DNA from: Lingula anatina
Lineage: Eukaryota > Animalia > Brachiopoda
NCBI GenBank assembly: GCA_051362555.1
Contig: CM120646.1
Span: 5,270,001 to 5,334,000, forward strand
Direction: 5' to 3'
DNA: 64,000 nt
How positions within the stretch are numbered: position 1 is the stretch's first letter; every line of letters begins with the position of its first letter. Positions 13,201-25,600 of the stretch are shown piece after piece. The notes under the pieces are model-generated. The model did no database searches, had not been told where the DNA came from, and saw only the letters and a list, made by a program, of their open reading frames with translations. A program made the position numbers and the translations under genes.

Positions 13201-16200
13201 CAAGATAGCAGGTCCTGGCAAGGGGAAGCCGTCTTCTGTAGGGAAGAAGAAAGTTCCCAGCACGACCACTGGGAGAGCCAGAGTATGAAGATATTAATCT
13301 TGTTTTATGTTATATTATCTTGTCAATGAGAATATATACACCATTTGTGACAGTGGAATATTAAGCAGAAATACCCAAGTTCTTTCTGTATTTGTATAGC
13401 ATCCAAACTTTATATTATAAAAGCTGTAGAACATAGCTATAAATGAATTTGTCTGTTTGTATTCCTTTGTTCTGAATGAACCTTTTAAAATATAGATTGA
13501 CAATTATCTCATCTAGAAGAAACAGAATAATGAATGACTTTCTGTTTTGGAAAACGCCTCCAACATAAAATATTCACTTGATTTCTGTTACATAGGGCTT
13601 GGCCCCATATAAATTCTCACTTATGTTAATGTTTTGAAATGCTCATGAAACTTAAGTCTTAAATGTATTAATTTTTTGTTTCAGAGCACTGGTAAAAAGG
13701 CCCAGAAGCGCCCCACTGGGACAGGGGAAAAGAAACGTCCGGCGGTGAAGTTAAAAAACAAAGGTGGTGGCGGGGGTGGTGCCAGCAGTGGTGCCAGTGG
13801 AGGACAGGCGGCAGCTAGCACCACTCAGGTATGGGACAGTGTTCAAAAAGAGAAAAAAAAAATTGGATTTGAAAAATGTTTATCTTAACAAATCTTTAAA
13901 TTTTGATGTGTAGCTTAGCAGTATGTGCTTTCATTTATAATTTTTAATATTCAATATGCATTGCAGTTGTCTGTGGCCATGGTTATCTTCTGGTTAATAA
14001 AATTAACAACTAGAACACCACATTAAAGAAACAAAAGGTTCTTAACATGTGTATATTGATTTGACTAAGAATTTCCAACTTTTTCAGTAGATTGTATAGC
14101 ATTATGTAACCACTGTATTTTTGAGACAGAGAAAAGGCCAGTAAAAAATTTTAAGATCCCCCAACTATTTTTTTCTCCCTGGTCTTCTTCCAGGTGAGCG
14201 CCTCCTCTAACACAGACAGTGGAAAGGAGGATGACCATCACTCCACTGTGGTGGTGTGCTCCAAGGATGATGACTATGTACTCAAACAGGTATGTGATCA
14301 CAGCACTCGGTCTCACGGTTTTGATATGCTAAAGAAATGTATGATGTAATATTCTTTTTTCCAAATCTTTTCATTGGTTTCACTCAGAATTTTCTTTAGG
14401 GTAAATAAATTCTACTATATTGTTTGGGTAAAATAGTTTTAAACTAGGGATAGCCTGTATATTTATTCTTGTATACTGAAAAGGTTGAATTTTTTTAATC
14501 TAAAAACAATTGTATTTATCAGCAAAAATGTTCATTAGCTTGGTAGTTGGATCATAAATGAAAATTATCAAACACAAGTAAAAAAACTTTCATAACTGTT
14601 TTATACATAAAATTCTATTTCTATTCAGGATATGTGTTATAGCTGTGGTAGCTATGGTAAAGGAGATGAAGGCAAACTGATAGTGTGTACACAGTGTGGA
14701 CAGTGCTACCACTCTTACTGTGTGCAGATCAGGGTGAGTTTGACTTTATTTATTTGTTTGTTTATATGACCATTTATTTGATTACCTGATATATGATATT
14801 TAAATGGTTAATTAATTTTTTTGGGCATCTGTTTTTTTTTTTTTTCCTAAAAGAAATGTTGTCTTCTTGAATAACTCTGGTATTCCTTACAATATTACAA
14901 TACCCGTCTGAATTGTTGACTGTAGCTGAAATTCAGGCAGAAAATAAGATCCTTCGAAGAATATGGCGATTTTAAAACTTTGCCTTTTAATATTTTGCTG
15001 TGTTAATCCAGCCTACACAGGTAGTATTAAAGAAGGGCTGGCGTTGTCTAGACTGCACCGTGTGTGAGGGTTGTGGGAAGCCACATGACGAGGGACGTCT
15101 CCTTCTTTGTGATGATTGCGACATCAGCTATCACATCTACTGCTTAGACCCCCCTCTGGATCATGTGCCCAAGGGGAACTGGAAGTGTAAATGGTGAGTT
15201 ACTGGACCCCAGAATTGTTGAAATTTGTATCCCCCCCAGTACATGTGCACTTGTGTGCATGAGTCTAGTTATTTCTATATTGTTGATATAATTCTGTTGC
15301 CTTTGTAGAAGTAATGTTATTATCATCCAGTATTAAATGCCTATGCAGTGAGAATATAATGTCACTTAACTGTAGGACATTTGACACATTTGGAATCATG
15401 TTGTGTGTGTGAGTGAGTGAGTTCTCTCTCTCTCTCTCTCACACATATATTTACTTTTTTTTCCTGTCCATTCCAGGTGTGTTATCTGTTACACCTGTGG
15501 CTCCACCACCCCAGGATATGGTGGTCAGTGGCAGAGTAACTACACCCAGTGTGGACCGTGTCATAGCCTGACCGCGTGTCCAGTGTGCAAGAAACATTAC
15601 AAGGAGGAGGAACTCATTATACAGTGCTGTCACTGCGACAGGTAGTGTATTATGAATATGTTGCATTAGTTATCCAGTTGTACTTTATATACATATCAAA
15701 GTTATAAAATAAGATATGTGCATGTTGGACATGGAATGTCTATACCTATTGAAGTGCAATCTTAACTGAAATTAGAAAAGCTCTATTACATATATCCCAA
15801 ACAAAAGTGTTGATTGTTTCTCCCACCAGGTGGCTACACAGTATTTGCGATGGAATGAAGAATGAGGATGATACGGAAAGGGCAGCGGATGCAGGTTATC
15901 ACTGTCTTATGTGCAGACCTAAAACTGGGGCGCCGCCGCCTCCTCGTAAGTGGACACACTATGTTAAAACTGTCACTAACTATTAATAAATCAAAATTTC
16001 ATTTAAAAAAAAAATTCAATCAAAAAAAAATCATCATCTACTGTTAAATACACTAAATGTAGCCTTCACCAGTCAGATTGCCACTGAAAATGTATTTGTG
16101 TCAGTAGAAATGCAGAACACTTAATTTGATCTAATTGAAGTGCCATTTGAATATATCTGGTTTTAGCATCTTCATCATTGTCTGTCCTGCTACCTGCACA

Positions 16201-16604
16201 TCATTTGATGTATTAGATACTCTGATATCCTTTATATAATTGATATCATGTTAAACTTGCCTTTTCTAATTCTCAGCCCCACCTCCGCCACCCAAAGTTG
16301 AGTCCCTCCCAGCCTCCCCTATCCACAAGGAGATGGACACCCCAAAGAGCCCCTCTGTCCAGTTTGTCGTGGACGGGATATGTCTGTCCGAGAGTGGCAT
16401 GGAGCAGATTAAGGCACTGACCGTACCTCCACCTCCAGCCAAAAAGAGACAGCGCAGACCCTCCAAACTTCCTGGGGACTCGTTTAAACACCCCCATATG
16501 GCTGGTCTGCTCAGCCCAGGGGAGAAGTCGGAGCAAGGGGACTTCATTGAAGGAAAAGGTAACTCCCATCAAGAAAATCAATAGTAGTATGATTTCAACT
16601 AGTG

Positions 16605-16649
<45 letters not shown>

Positions 16650-19600
16650 CTGTAGTATTTTGTAAAGAAAGAGATTTTGTTCTTACACAACCACTATTCT
16701 CTGGTGATGTGAACTGAGTGGTTAGATGCAAGATAGAAATGCAAGAAAGGCAATGACATTTAGAAGTTGGAAGTAAAAGAAATGATGAATATAAGTTGAC
16801 AGGATAAACTAGGAAATTAATTTAAAGTGATATTTGTGTTACAAAGATGTAATGTAAGGTTGTTTTCTAAGTACTTTTATAATCTTTTTGTGGCTGTTAT
16901 AGTTTATTTCAATATTTTTTCAGAGTATGATCATATTATGGATGAAGAAACAAAATCCATAGCAGAAGAAACTGCTGAGATAGCAGCAGTGAAGTCCCCC
17001 GAGGTACCTGGAATACCAGAAAAGAAAAAACGACAGAGGAAACCTTTCAAGCCAGGAGTAGGGGGCTTCATTGCCAAACCTAGGGCTAGAAGTCACATGA
17101 TTAAGAAGACATTGTTGGCAAAGGCTGCTGGGATAGATCTACCTCAGCAGAGAGATACCTCACCCACAAAAATGGAAGGTGGAGGTACATGTTTATTATT
17201 ATTATTATGCTGAAATACTGAAACTCTTTTGAAAGTCTGATTAATGTAAATTGTGATATCACTACACTTTTATTAAGATTTAAATGTCATTCATATGCAT
17301 TTAGTATTTGTCTCAAGGAATAAATCATTCTGTAAATATTTCAGAAAAAAAGCAGTTTAAACTAAAATTTTTGTTTTGTAATTATTTCAGATGGGGAAGG
17401 ATTAGATGATAAAACAAAGAAAGCCAAAAGACAAAGAAGAATAAAAAAGAAAAGTAACTTGGAAGAAAATTTCCCAGCTTATATACAGGCAAGTAATTTT
17501 TAAAGAGGGAATAACTTGATTTTACAGAAGTTTTTATTTACATATTAAATGGAACCTTGTATTAGAAAACGGATATCATGTAATAAAATGTCCCAACAAA
17601 AATGTAACAATTTTTGTTTTGTTAATCAGGAGGCCTTTTTTGGCAAGATCTTATTGGACAAGAGCAAAACTCCTGACGAAGGTAGTCAGTTGGGTGGGGA
17701 AGCCCCTGCGGTGGCCGAGACAGGCGAGCAGTCCCCGCAGAAGGCGGCCAGTCTAGAGCGCAGTGATGGGTTCACTGTGAACATCTCACCTACACAGGCA
17801 GCATCAGCATCAACAGCTTCCAACACACAGAAACAGCAGCAGCAACAAGAACAAGGGGAAGACCTAGGTGAGAGAGAGAGATTTTACTGGCATAATTCAA
17901 GTATCTAAAAGAATTGCTGTTTTACCTTTTAAATATAAACCAATAGTGTATAGAAACAGAAAATATTATTGGAGTTTTATGTGCATCTTCTCGTGTCAGA
18001 CTGTAAGTAATATTTTTCACATTTACATTGATTCTATCAATGTTAGCTCGCCTTTCTTACCTAATTTATATATCTGTCAGACAGTTGAGGCTGAATAAAA
18101 CAGTCTGAGACCCGATTTCTTGTTTGTGACCTTATATCTCATAATTTTGACCTTATGCTATATTTGTGACCTTATCTCATGTTTATGACCTTTGACTCAC
18201 AGATGACCTGAAGGACATCTTGGGTGGTGTTGACCTCAGCCACGATGTCCATGATGATGAGCTGATGGACATCTTGGACAGTGAGGACATCTCTAAGGAC
18301 GAGGAATTGATGGGTGGACAGCACGGGGAGCAGGACATGGACAAGATGGACGTGGACAAAGTGCTGTCTAGTAAGTTTTAGCTTTCAAAATAACGAGGTA
18401 TTGAAAAAGATAAAAATTCCAAACTTCAAAGATTGTAAATAATTCTCTGTATTTTTTCTGCTATGTAACTTTAACAGGCTCCAGTTATGATATAAATATT
18501 CTAAAAAGTTTTTTAAAAAGTAACATTTTCCTAAATGACAGGCTTATCAAGAGGGTTACTATCCCATAATTACAATATATTAAGAGGTTAAAAATACTAT
18601 GTTTTTAACTGCTTTCAGGTCTTGCCCAGATTGACAGTAAAACAGTAGAGGATTTATTCAAAGGAGTCCTGGAACACAATCCCCTGACTAGTCCAGGTGC
18701 AGAGGGGGATGGTAACTTTAACCTTCCTCCTCTCATGAGTCCCACATTGCAGCAGCCTCAGCAATCACAAGGTCAAGTTCAGATGGAAGGTCAAGGTCAG
18801 GCAAGGCCAAACCAAGGTCAGCGGCAGCCAGAGACTGGGTTGCATGTGCACAGTCCAATGCAAGGTAAGCGTTGATATATATTTTTTGCCTTTCAGTGAA
18901 ATTTGAGCCAATTTCAATTGTTGCACACGAGCCCTGTTGCTGTAAAATAATATACAAATGGTGTTTACATTATTAGAAATGTATAATTGTGTGGTATGGG
19001 ATGAAGATTATGTAAATAACATAGCTGAAAATATAAGTAGTGACATGATAATGTTGGGTTTTTTTTTATAACATCGTTTTGTTCAGTGTATTGATAAGAA
19101 AAAGTTAAATTGCTGTTGCAGTTGCTTAAAAAAGTTAATATTTATAGAGGACTTATCGTAGCTCAATATTCCAGAACCAGGCAAACATGAATTTTTTCCA
19201 ACTCAGAATATTATAAAAATTTTCACTGTCAGTGTATTAAATTCTCTGCAGGTCAGAGCATGATGCCAATGCCACCCCAGTCTGGTCACGATCAGCAGTT
19301 AAGGCTTCCAGGTCATGGACCCATGCATATGGGTCAAGGTGAAGGTCACAGTCCTGGTGGGATGTCACCAAGGTCAGGTCCACCACCATTTGGAATGCCT
19401 CCACACTCTCCATATGGAGGGGAAATGGGCAGGTCAGTGAACAGCATTGCAGCCCTGCTGTCTTTTAGTATGTTAAAGCAATCTTGTAGTGTATTCTAGT
19501 GTTTTGTTAGTTAATGAGAATTAACTGAATGACACAGCTTAATCAAATGCTTTGAATGTGTATGCTGCCTATGGTGTCAGTGCCTCGCCTTCATGACAGA

Positions 19601-22600
19601 TGTTTACATTGTTTTAATTGTCCTTCAGTGGTCAGTTTAGCCCAGGCTTTGCAGGGGGTCCAGCCACCCCCCAGTGGCCCCACCTTCCAGGTGACGACTT
19701 CGAACCAGACAGCGCCTCGCAGAACAAGCGCAACTTGGCCAAATGGGAGCATGATGAGCCAATGGGAGACAAGGCGACTATTACACCGGTCCTGTACTGC
19801 AACATCATGCACCCTGAGCTGAAGACGCAGTACCCTGAGTGGTCGGAGAGGATTAAACAGATCACTAAACTGTGGAGAAAGGTCCCAACAGAGGAGAAGC
19901 AGCCATATTTGGTAAGTCGTTATTGTTGATGAATAATTGTCTGTGTGATATGAAGGCTGTGCCTTTCCATAGGTCTATTGAAATATGGTAATTATATCAA
20001 TTACACTGTTTTACCTGAAAAAAGATTGGGGTCTAAACTTAAAATGATGTTATTAACAAGTGATGCATGAAAATCCTTACAATATCTGGATTACAATTTA
20101 TGCCAAATTGATTTTATATCCAACAGCAAAAAGCCCGAGAGAACAGAGCCAGCAGTCGACTCTCCAAAGCCCAGAAGGTAAAAAATGTCAGTATCACTTT
20201 TCTTCACTTCTGCATGATTTTTATGTTTTTGTTGATTCTTGGCACTTCAGTCACACGTGCTGGTATTTTGTTAGAGTGTTTAAGATTGTGTAACTTGGAG
20301 GCTTAACATCAGAATAATTTTATATTAAGAATGCATTTGAGTTACTGTTGTTCAATCCACGCTTTTTGCTCTAACTGAAATTAAACATTAAATTTGCACT
20401 GTTCTTTCTTGACTGTTTTAGTTTGTTTTAATTTGTGAACTTATCACTTTGATGATGCTAATAATCTTTGCCACATGTTTTTGCTAATTAAAAAAACACA
20501 ATATGGTATTTGTACTAGCCCACTTTCTAAAAATTCTCACACCTCTTCTCCTACTTCAGATACAGGACATCAGGAAGAAGCAGCAGGACCCCTCAGCTGC
20601 AGGAGGGATGCCACCCCCTGGTATGCCTCCCCCTCCCCCAGGGATGCCACCCACGGGCATGCTCCCTCCCCCACCCCCGCCCCACCCCCAGGCTCATGTG
20701 CCGGGGCCGAAGAGCCAGGAGCAGTTGGAGAGGGAGCAGAAGTTTCAGGAGCAGGAGAGGCAGTGGAAGCTGCTGCAGCAGATCCGGGCACAGGAGAGGA
20801 AGATGGAGTTGGAAGCCCTGAACTCGGACAGTCCACGTGGGTCCATGACTCCTGGGAGTACACAGGGTATGTTCTAGCACTATTTTAAGTATTGAAACTG
20901 GTGCTCATGACTCATAATTGTGAAAGAGTTTTTGACCACTACCCATACCCTTGGATCACTTTGATGTATGATATTGATGATGTTATTTTGTGGTCAGGAA
21001 TGCCGTTTACTAAATTATGATACGCTTTCATGTGTAAGTTAGTGGTTAATTCTCTTTGAGACCAGAAAGTAATTAGATATTCGAAAGATGATTACTGTAA
21101 GACTGTATTGGATTTGGATTAGATAATGATAGATTGAAGATTGTGAAGCATTGTAGCATCAAATGTAGTCTGTACAGTCTGGGCAATGTGTTCATGAAAT
21201 CTGTGGCTGATATTTTAGGTTCACCACACCCCAGCACTCCAGAGAGCCAAGGTGTGCCCCCATTTGGGCCCCAACAACAGCAACAACAGCCTCCACCCCA
21301 GCAGCAGCAGTGGGACCCTTACGCCATGCCCCCAGGGACACCCAGACCAGGTAGTCAAGATGGAGGGAACGCCAATAAGCCAGACAACTTAAACAACCAG
21401 CCAGGGGCCTCTCCCCAGTACTCTCAGTCTCAAATGGGAATGCCCCCAGGAAGGCCTGGAGAACAGAGAATGCCCCCTGACCCATACAGCCAACCCCCAG
21501 GGACCCCACAACCTGGTGGGCCACATCCGGGCCAGGGGAGGCCACAAGAGGGGTATCCAGGCCCCCCGCCACAGCAAGCCCTCAAGGGCATGCCTGATCC
21601 GTATGCCCAGCCCCCTCACACACCAAGACCCCCAGGACCTGAGGACCCATATGCCAGACAGCCAATGACACCAAGACCACAACAACAGCAGCAGCAGCAC
21701 CCTATGGCTCCTCACATGCAGGGCCCACCACATCCAGGCCATGGCCTGCCCCCAGGGCACCAGCAGGGCCCTAGACCAGGAGTACCTTACAGCCAGGCCC
21801 AGGGTATGCCTCCACACCCAGGGGATCCCTTCAATAGACCCCCTGGTGGGCCTAGACCCCCTCATGAAGTGTGGCATGGGCCCCACCCTGGGATGCCCCA
21901 CCCCTACAGCCAGGCAGGGGCAGTACCACACCCAACCAGCCCCAGAGAGTTTCGGCTACCAGGGCCCGGCATGATACGCCCCAAGGAGGGAGGGTACGGA
22001 CAGGGTGGCATGACGCCCACTCCGCGTCCCCCTACCAGTGGTCAGAACAGTCAGCTGCAGCAGATGCTGTCCACCGCGCCCAGGTTTGCTGACCCCAACC
22101 TCCAGGGACTGGACCCCAGCACGTCCACTGCAGTCGTAAGTCATCCTGAGAGTGGTACTGTTCTTAATCGCTAACGACTGCTCTTTATACTTGCTGCAGT
22201 TAATAACTTTTTCTCTCTGGTCATCGGAAAAGTGATGCTTCATAGGCATGGTGACATTATTTCATGTCTCTGCAAATTGTAGGATATCATGGCCTTTCTT
22301 GATTATTTGAAAGGATTCTTTAAAAATTCCATTTCATTATTTGTATCAAAATGCATTCATTACATTAAGAAAATTTACGGCAAGAATCTTAACAGGGGGG
22401 GTTAATACTCTCAAATTTACATTGCCGTATGAAGTGTCACTTTGCAGGTGACCTGCTGGGGTGTTTGTCCAGTGATGGTCAGGCTTTGTCCACTTCTGGT
22501 CAGACATAAACAGCAGCAGAGCCTTAATGTGTGCCCAGTCTGTAACCTAGAGGTGGTCAGTAACTTGTAGAATCGTGTGAACTACTGGTTTAGCAGTGGG

Positions 22601-25600
22601 AAGTAGTTGTGTAAGCAAGTGGTGTTTTATTTTATTTATAATTTTGATGTCAGACTTGGATTTTATCTGATGTAGAGCATTGCCAGCTTCTTGGGAGGTT
22701 TATCTCCTTCAAATTGGGGGTATATATAAGATATATTGAAAATGAAATACTAAAGCATGTGTTGTACATCCATAATTTTTCAGTCAAAAACAAAAACAGA
22801 CAAATCAAAATGATTTTAGCTAGCAGATCTAGTGGACTTATATCTTTGATATATTTAAGAATTCTTCGTTGCAAATCGGACATATGTATATGATACTTTG
22901 AAAATTACATTCTTAAAATATTAACCATACTTTGACCAAAAGGAACTCCACACAGTGTTGGTATATGTTATCTACCAGTTGAATCCAAGTTTGACTTTGC
23001 TTTGCTTTTGCAGTATTCGCTAACTGACTGGCGTGTCTGTTGGGGAAAATGCCGACAACGTGTCATGGTCAGCTAGTGTATGCTGAGTTGCTATGATCTA
23101 ACTTTTTAAGTTTGCTTTCAGTCTGTAAGTTTTTAGGGTGTTACAGTGTTCTCCATTAACTGGTTATAGTGTGTTAAGAACATTTTTCTCTGGGGTTAGA
23201 TGAGCAGATCCAGTGGGTGGACATGTTAGGGGGGTTTGCTAGCTAGACAGATTTAGTGGGCGGGCTTTTTTAAATATTATAAGTGGACATTCAGACTGTT
23301 TCAAAGGGTAGCAAAAGGCAAATAAGTCACAGATGAGACATTCTGCTAAACCATCAGTTTAATTGACTTTTTCACCACCCTTGGGGGAATCAAGGAATTT
23401 GTCCTATTTGTGATTTTTATCAAAGTTCTGGTGACATACTCTTTGGTCTGTCAGAGGAAGAGGTCAGTGAGGGACAAATGGGCCATTGCTCTTGCTCCCA
23501 CTCCTTTTTGAGGTGTGTTTTACTATTTCCTCCCACACTTAGAGAGAGGATCCCCATCAGTGCGAAATAAAAGTGGTTTGTAAAATGAAGGAAAATTGTG
23601 TTCTATAATACTAAATATTACACTATATTTGATCTGGTTTGTGATTCCTTTATTAACAAACCATCATAGAGAACAGCCGACTAACAGACCCACGGATCAA
23701 ATATGGCGACCGGCTTAAAAGCTTGTTGCTTAATTTCCGATAAGATACTGAATAGATGCCCTGCGGGGATTATGCAACAAGCATTCAAGTGGGTCGGTCT
23801 TATTTGATCCGCAGATCTGTTAGTCCGCTGTTCTGATTGTGCTCATAGAAAATTGTATGGAATGAGAGGGTGATACAGGGGAAGAGGAAAAGAAAAGATT
23901 TCTGTGGGTGAAGTTAATGGAGAACATTGTGCCCCCTTGTGTGTTTTTCCATCTCTATGTGTGTGCTTTCTCTCTCTTCCATCCTTCTAGCTTCACCAAA
24001 TGTTCTCCAGTCAGAGGTTATATTACCTCAGTCAAAGACATCAACAGCCACAGGGTAGAAATGCCACTGACTCTACCGTGTATAAAACAGGGGCAGGGGT
24101 AAGTTGTCTCTGTGGCAGTGCATTCAATAATGTTTCTTTTTTCAACACGGCGGCCCAGAACTGTGTGAAATAGATGCATCTTTTAGGAAAAATACAGCTG
24201 TTTTGTGACTTTTTTACTCTTTGAGCAACGGAAAGATAAGGACTCACGATAAATGGATTAAGTGTATGAATATTTATCACCAGTGTTAGTTCAGAAAACA
24301 CTCTTTCAGTAATGTGCATCAGTGGTCATTCCAAAATTGCATTTTTTATGAACTTTTTCTTGTCAGAATAGTCTCAGAAATTTATAAGTACACATTGCAG
24401 AAGGTATTAACTGCAGGTTCATTTAAAAAAGAAGGGAGGGGGAGAGCTTAGCTTTTAAATGTGTGAGATTAGCATGGTGGGTACAGTAGAACTAAACTCT
24501 TCTAGTGGGGCTGGATAGATAACTTTGCCTTTATATGGCAAATGGTCCTTATATGGAAATATATACCATATATAGTCATTAGTCCATATATGGCAAGATG
24601 TGGCTTAATAATCATGCTTCAAGTTATATAAAGAGAAATAGATGATTAGAATTTTTTCCTGTTTATAGTACTAACATTATTAGATGGCAGCTTTAAATAA
24701 TCAAATAGTTAAGTATATATGATTTATAAATTGCCAGGTTTAAAATGTGATATTAAAGGTTTTGAAATTTCAGATATACTTTATTTCCAAATAATGAAAA
24801 TCTGTTGAAAAATAAGTATCATCATGTGTCAGAGCAAACAAATTAAAATGTCCTTTGAAATAAGGGAGGTTCACAAATTGAAAGAAATGCACTTGTTTGA
24901 ATAGGGACTTCATCCTACAACTAAACAAATGTCACACATGTTGATTGTCCCTTTCTTTTTTATGAATTTATCGTTGTTCAGTAAAATGAAGTGAATTTAG
25001 ATTATGTTTGCATGGTATCTAGTCTACATTGACTGTTCTCTCGCGTGACTTGTAGGTAATAGTTTGCATGTGTTTTGGTTAACAGATGAAACCACACTTC
25101 ATATAATAAACCTGACCAAAAAAGCAAAAGTGAGTGTAAAAAGTCATTCAAAACATTTTTTTATTGTAACACTTGGTTAAGATATTCATCATCTGTGTGA
25201 TCACCTGTATAAAGCTCCATTATTATTATTGTTATTATTATTATTATTATTATTACTGTATTATAATAGCCAGGAGATGGAGATCCCAAGTCAGATGCAC
25301 ACCGCCAGCACCTGCGTGAGCTCCTTGCCACCAAGGCCAAGGAGAGCCAGAAACAGAAGCAGATGGAGCAGCAGTTCAGAGATGGTGGAGGAGCCAATGT
25401 ACCTTTACACCATTGGCCCAGTGAAGAGGAATTAGGACCACAGCAACCACAAGGTAGTCTACTTGGTAGTCAGTTCTCAAGTTGACAGGATTACAACTGA
25501 TGGATTTAACAAAGTGCCATAGGTGTACTGCATCTCTAAACTCATATAAAAGTTTATCAGTACTGTGAAATTAAAGGTTTAATTATTCAGTTTGATAATT

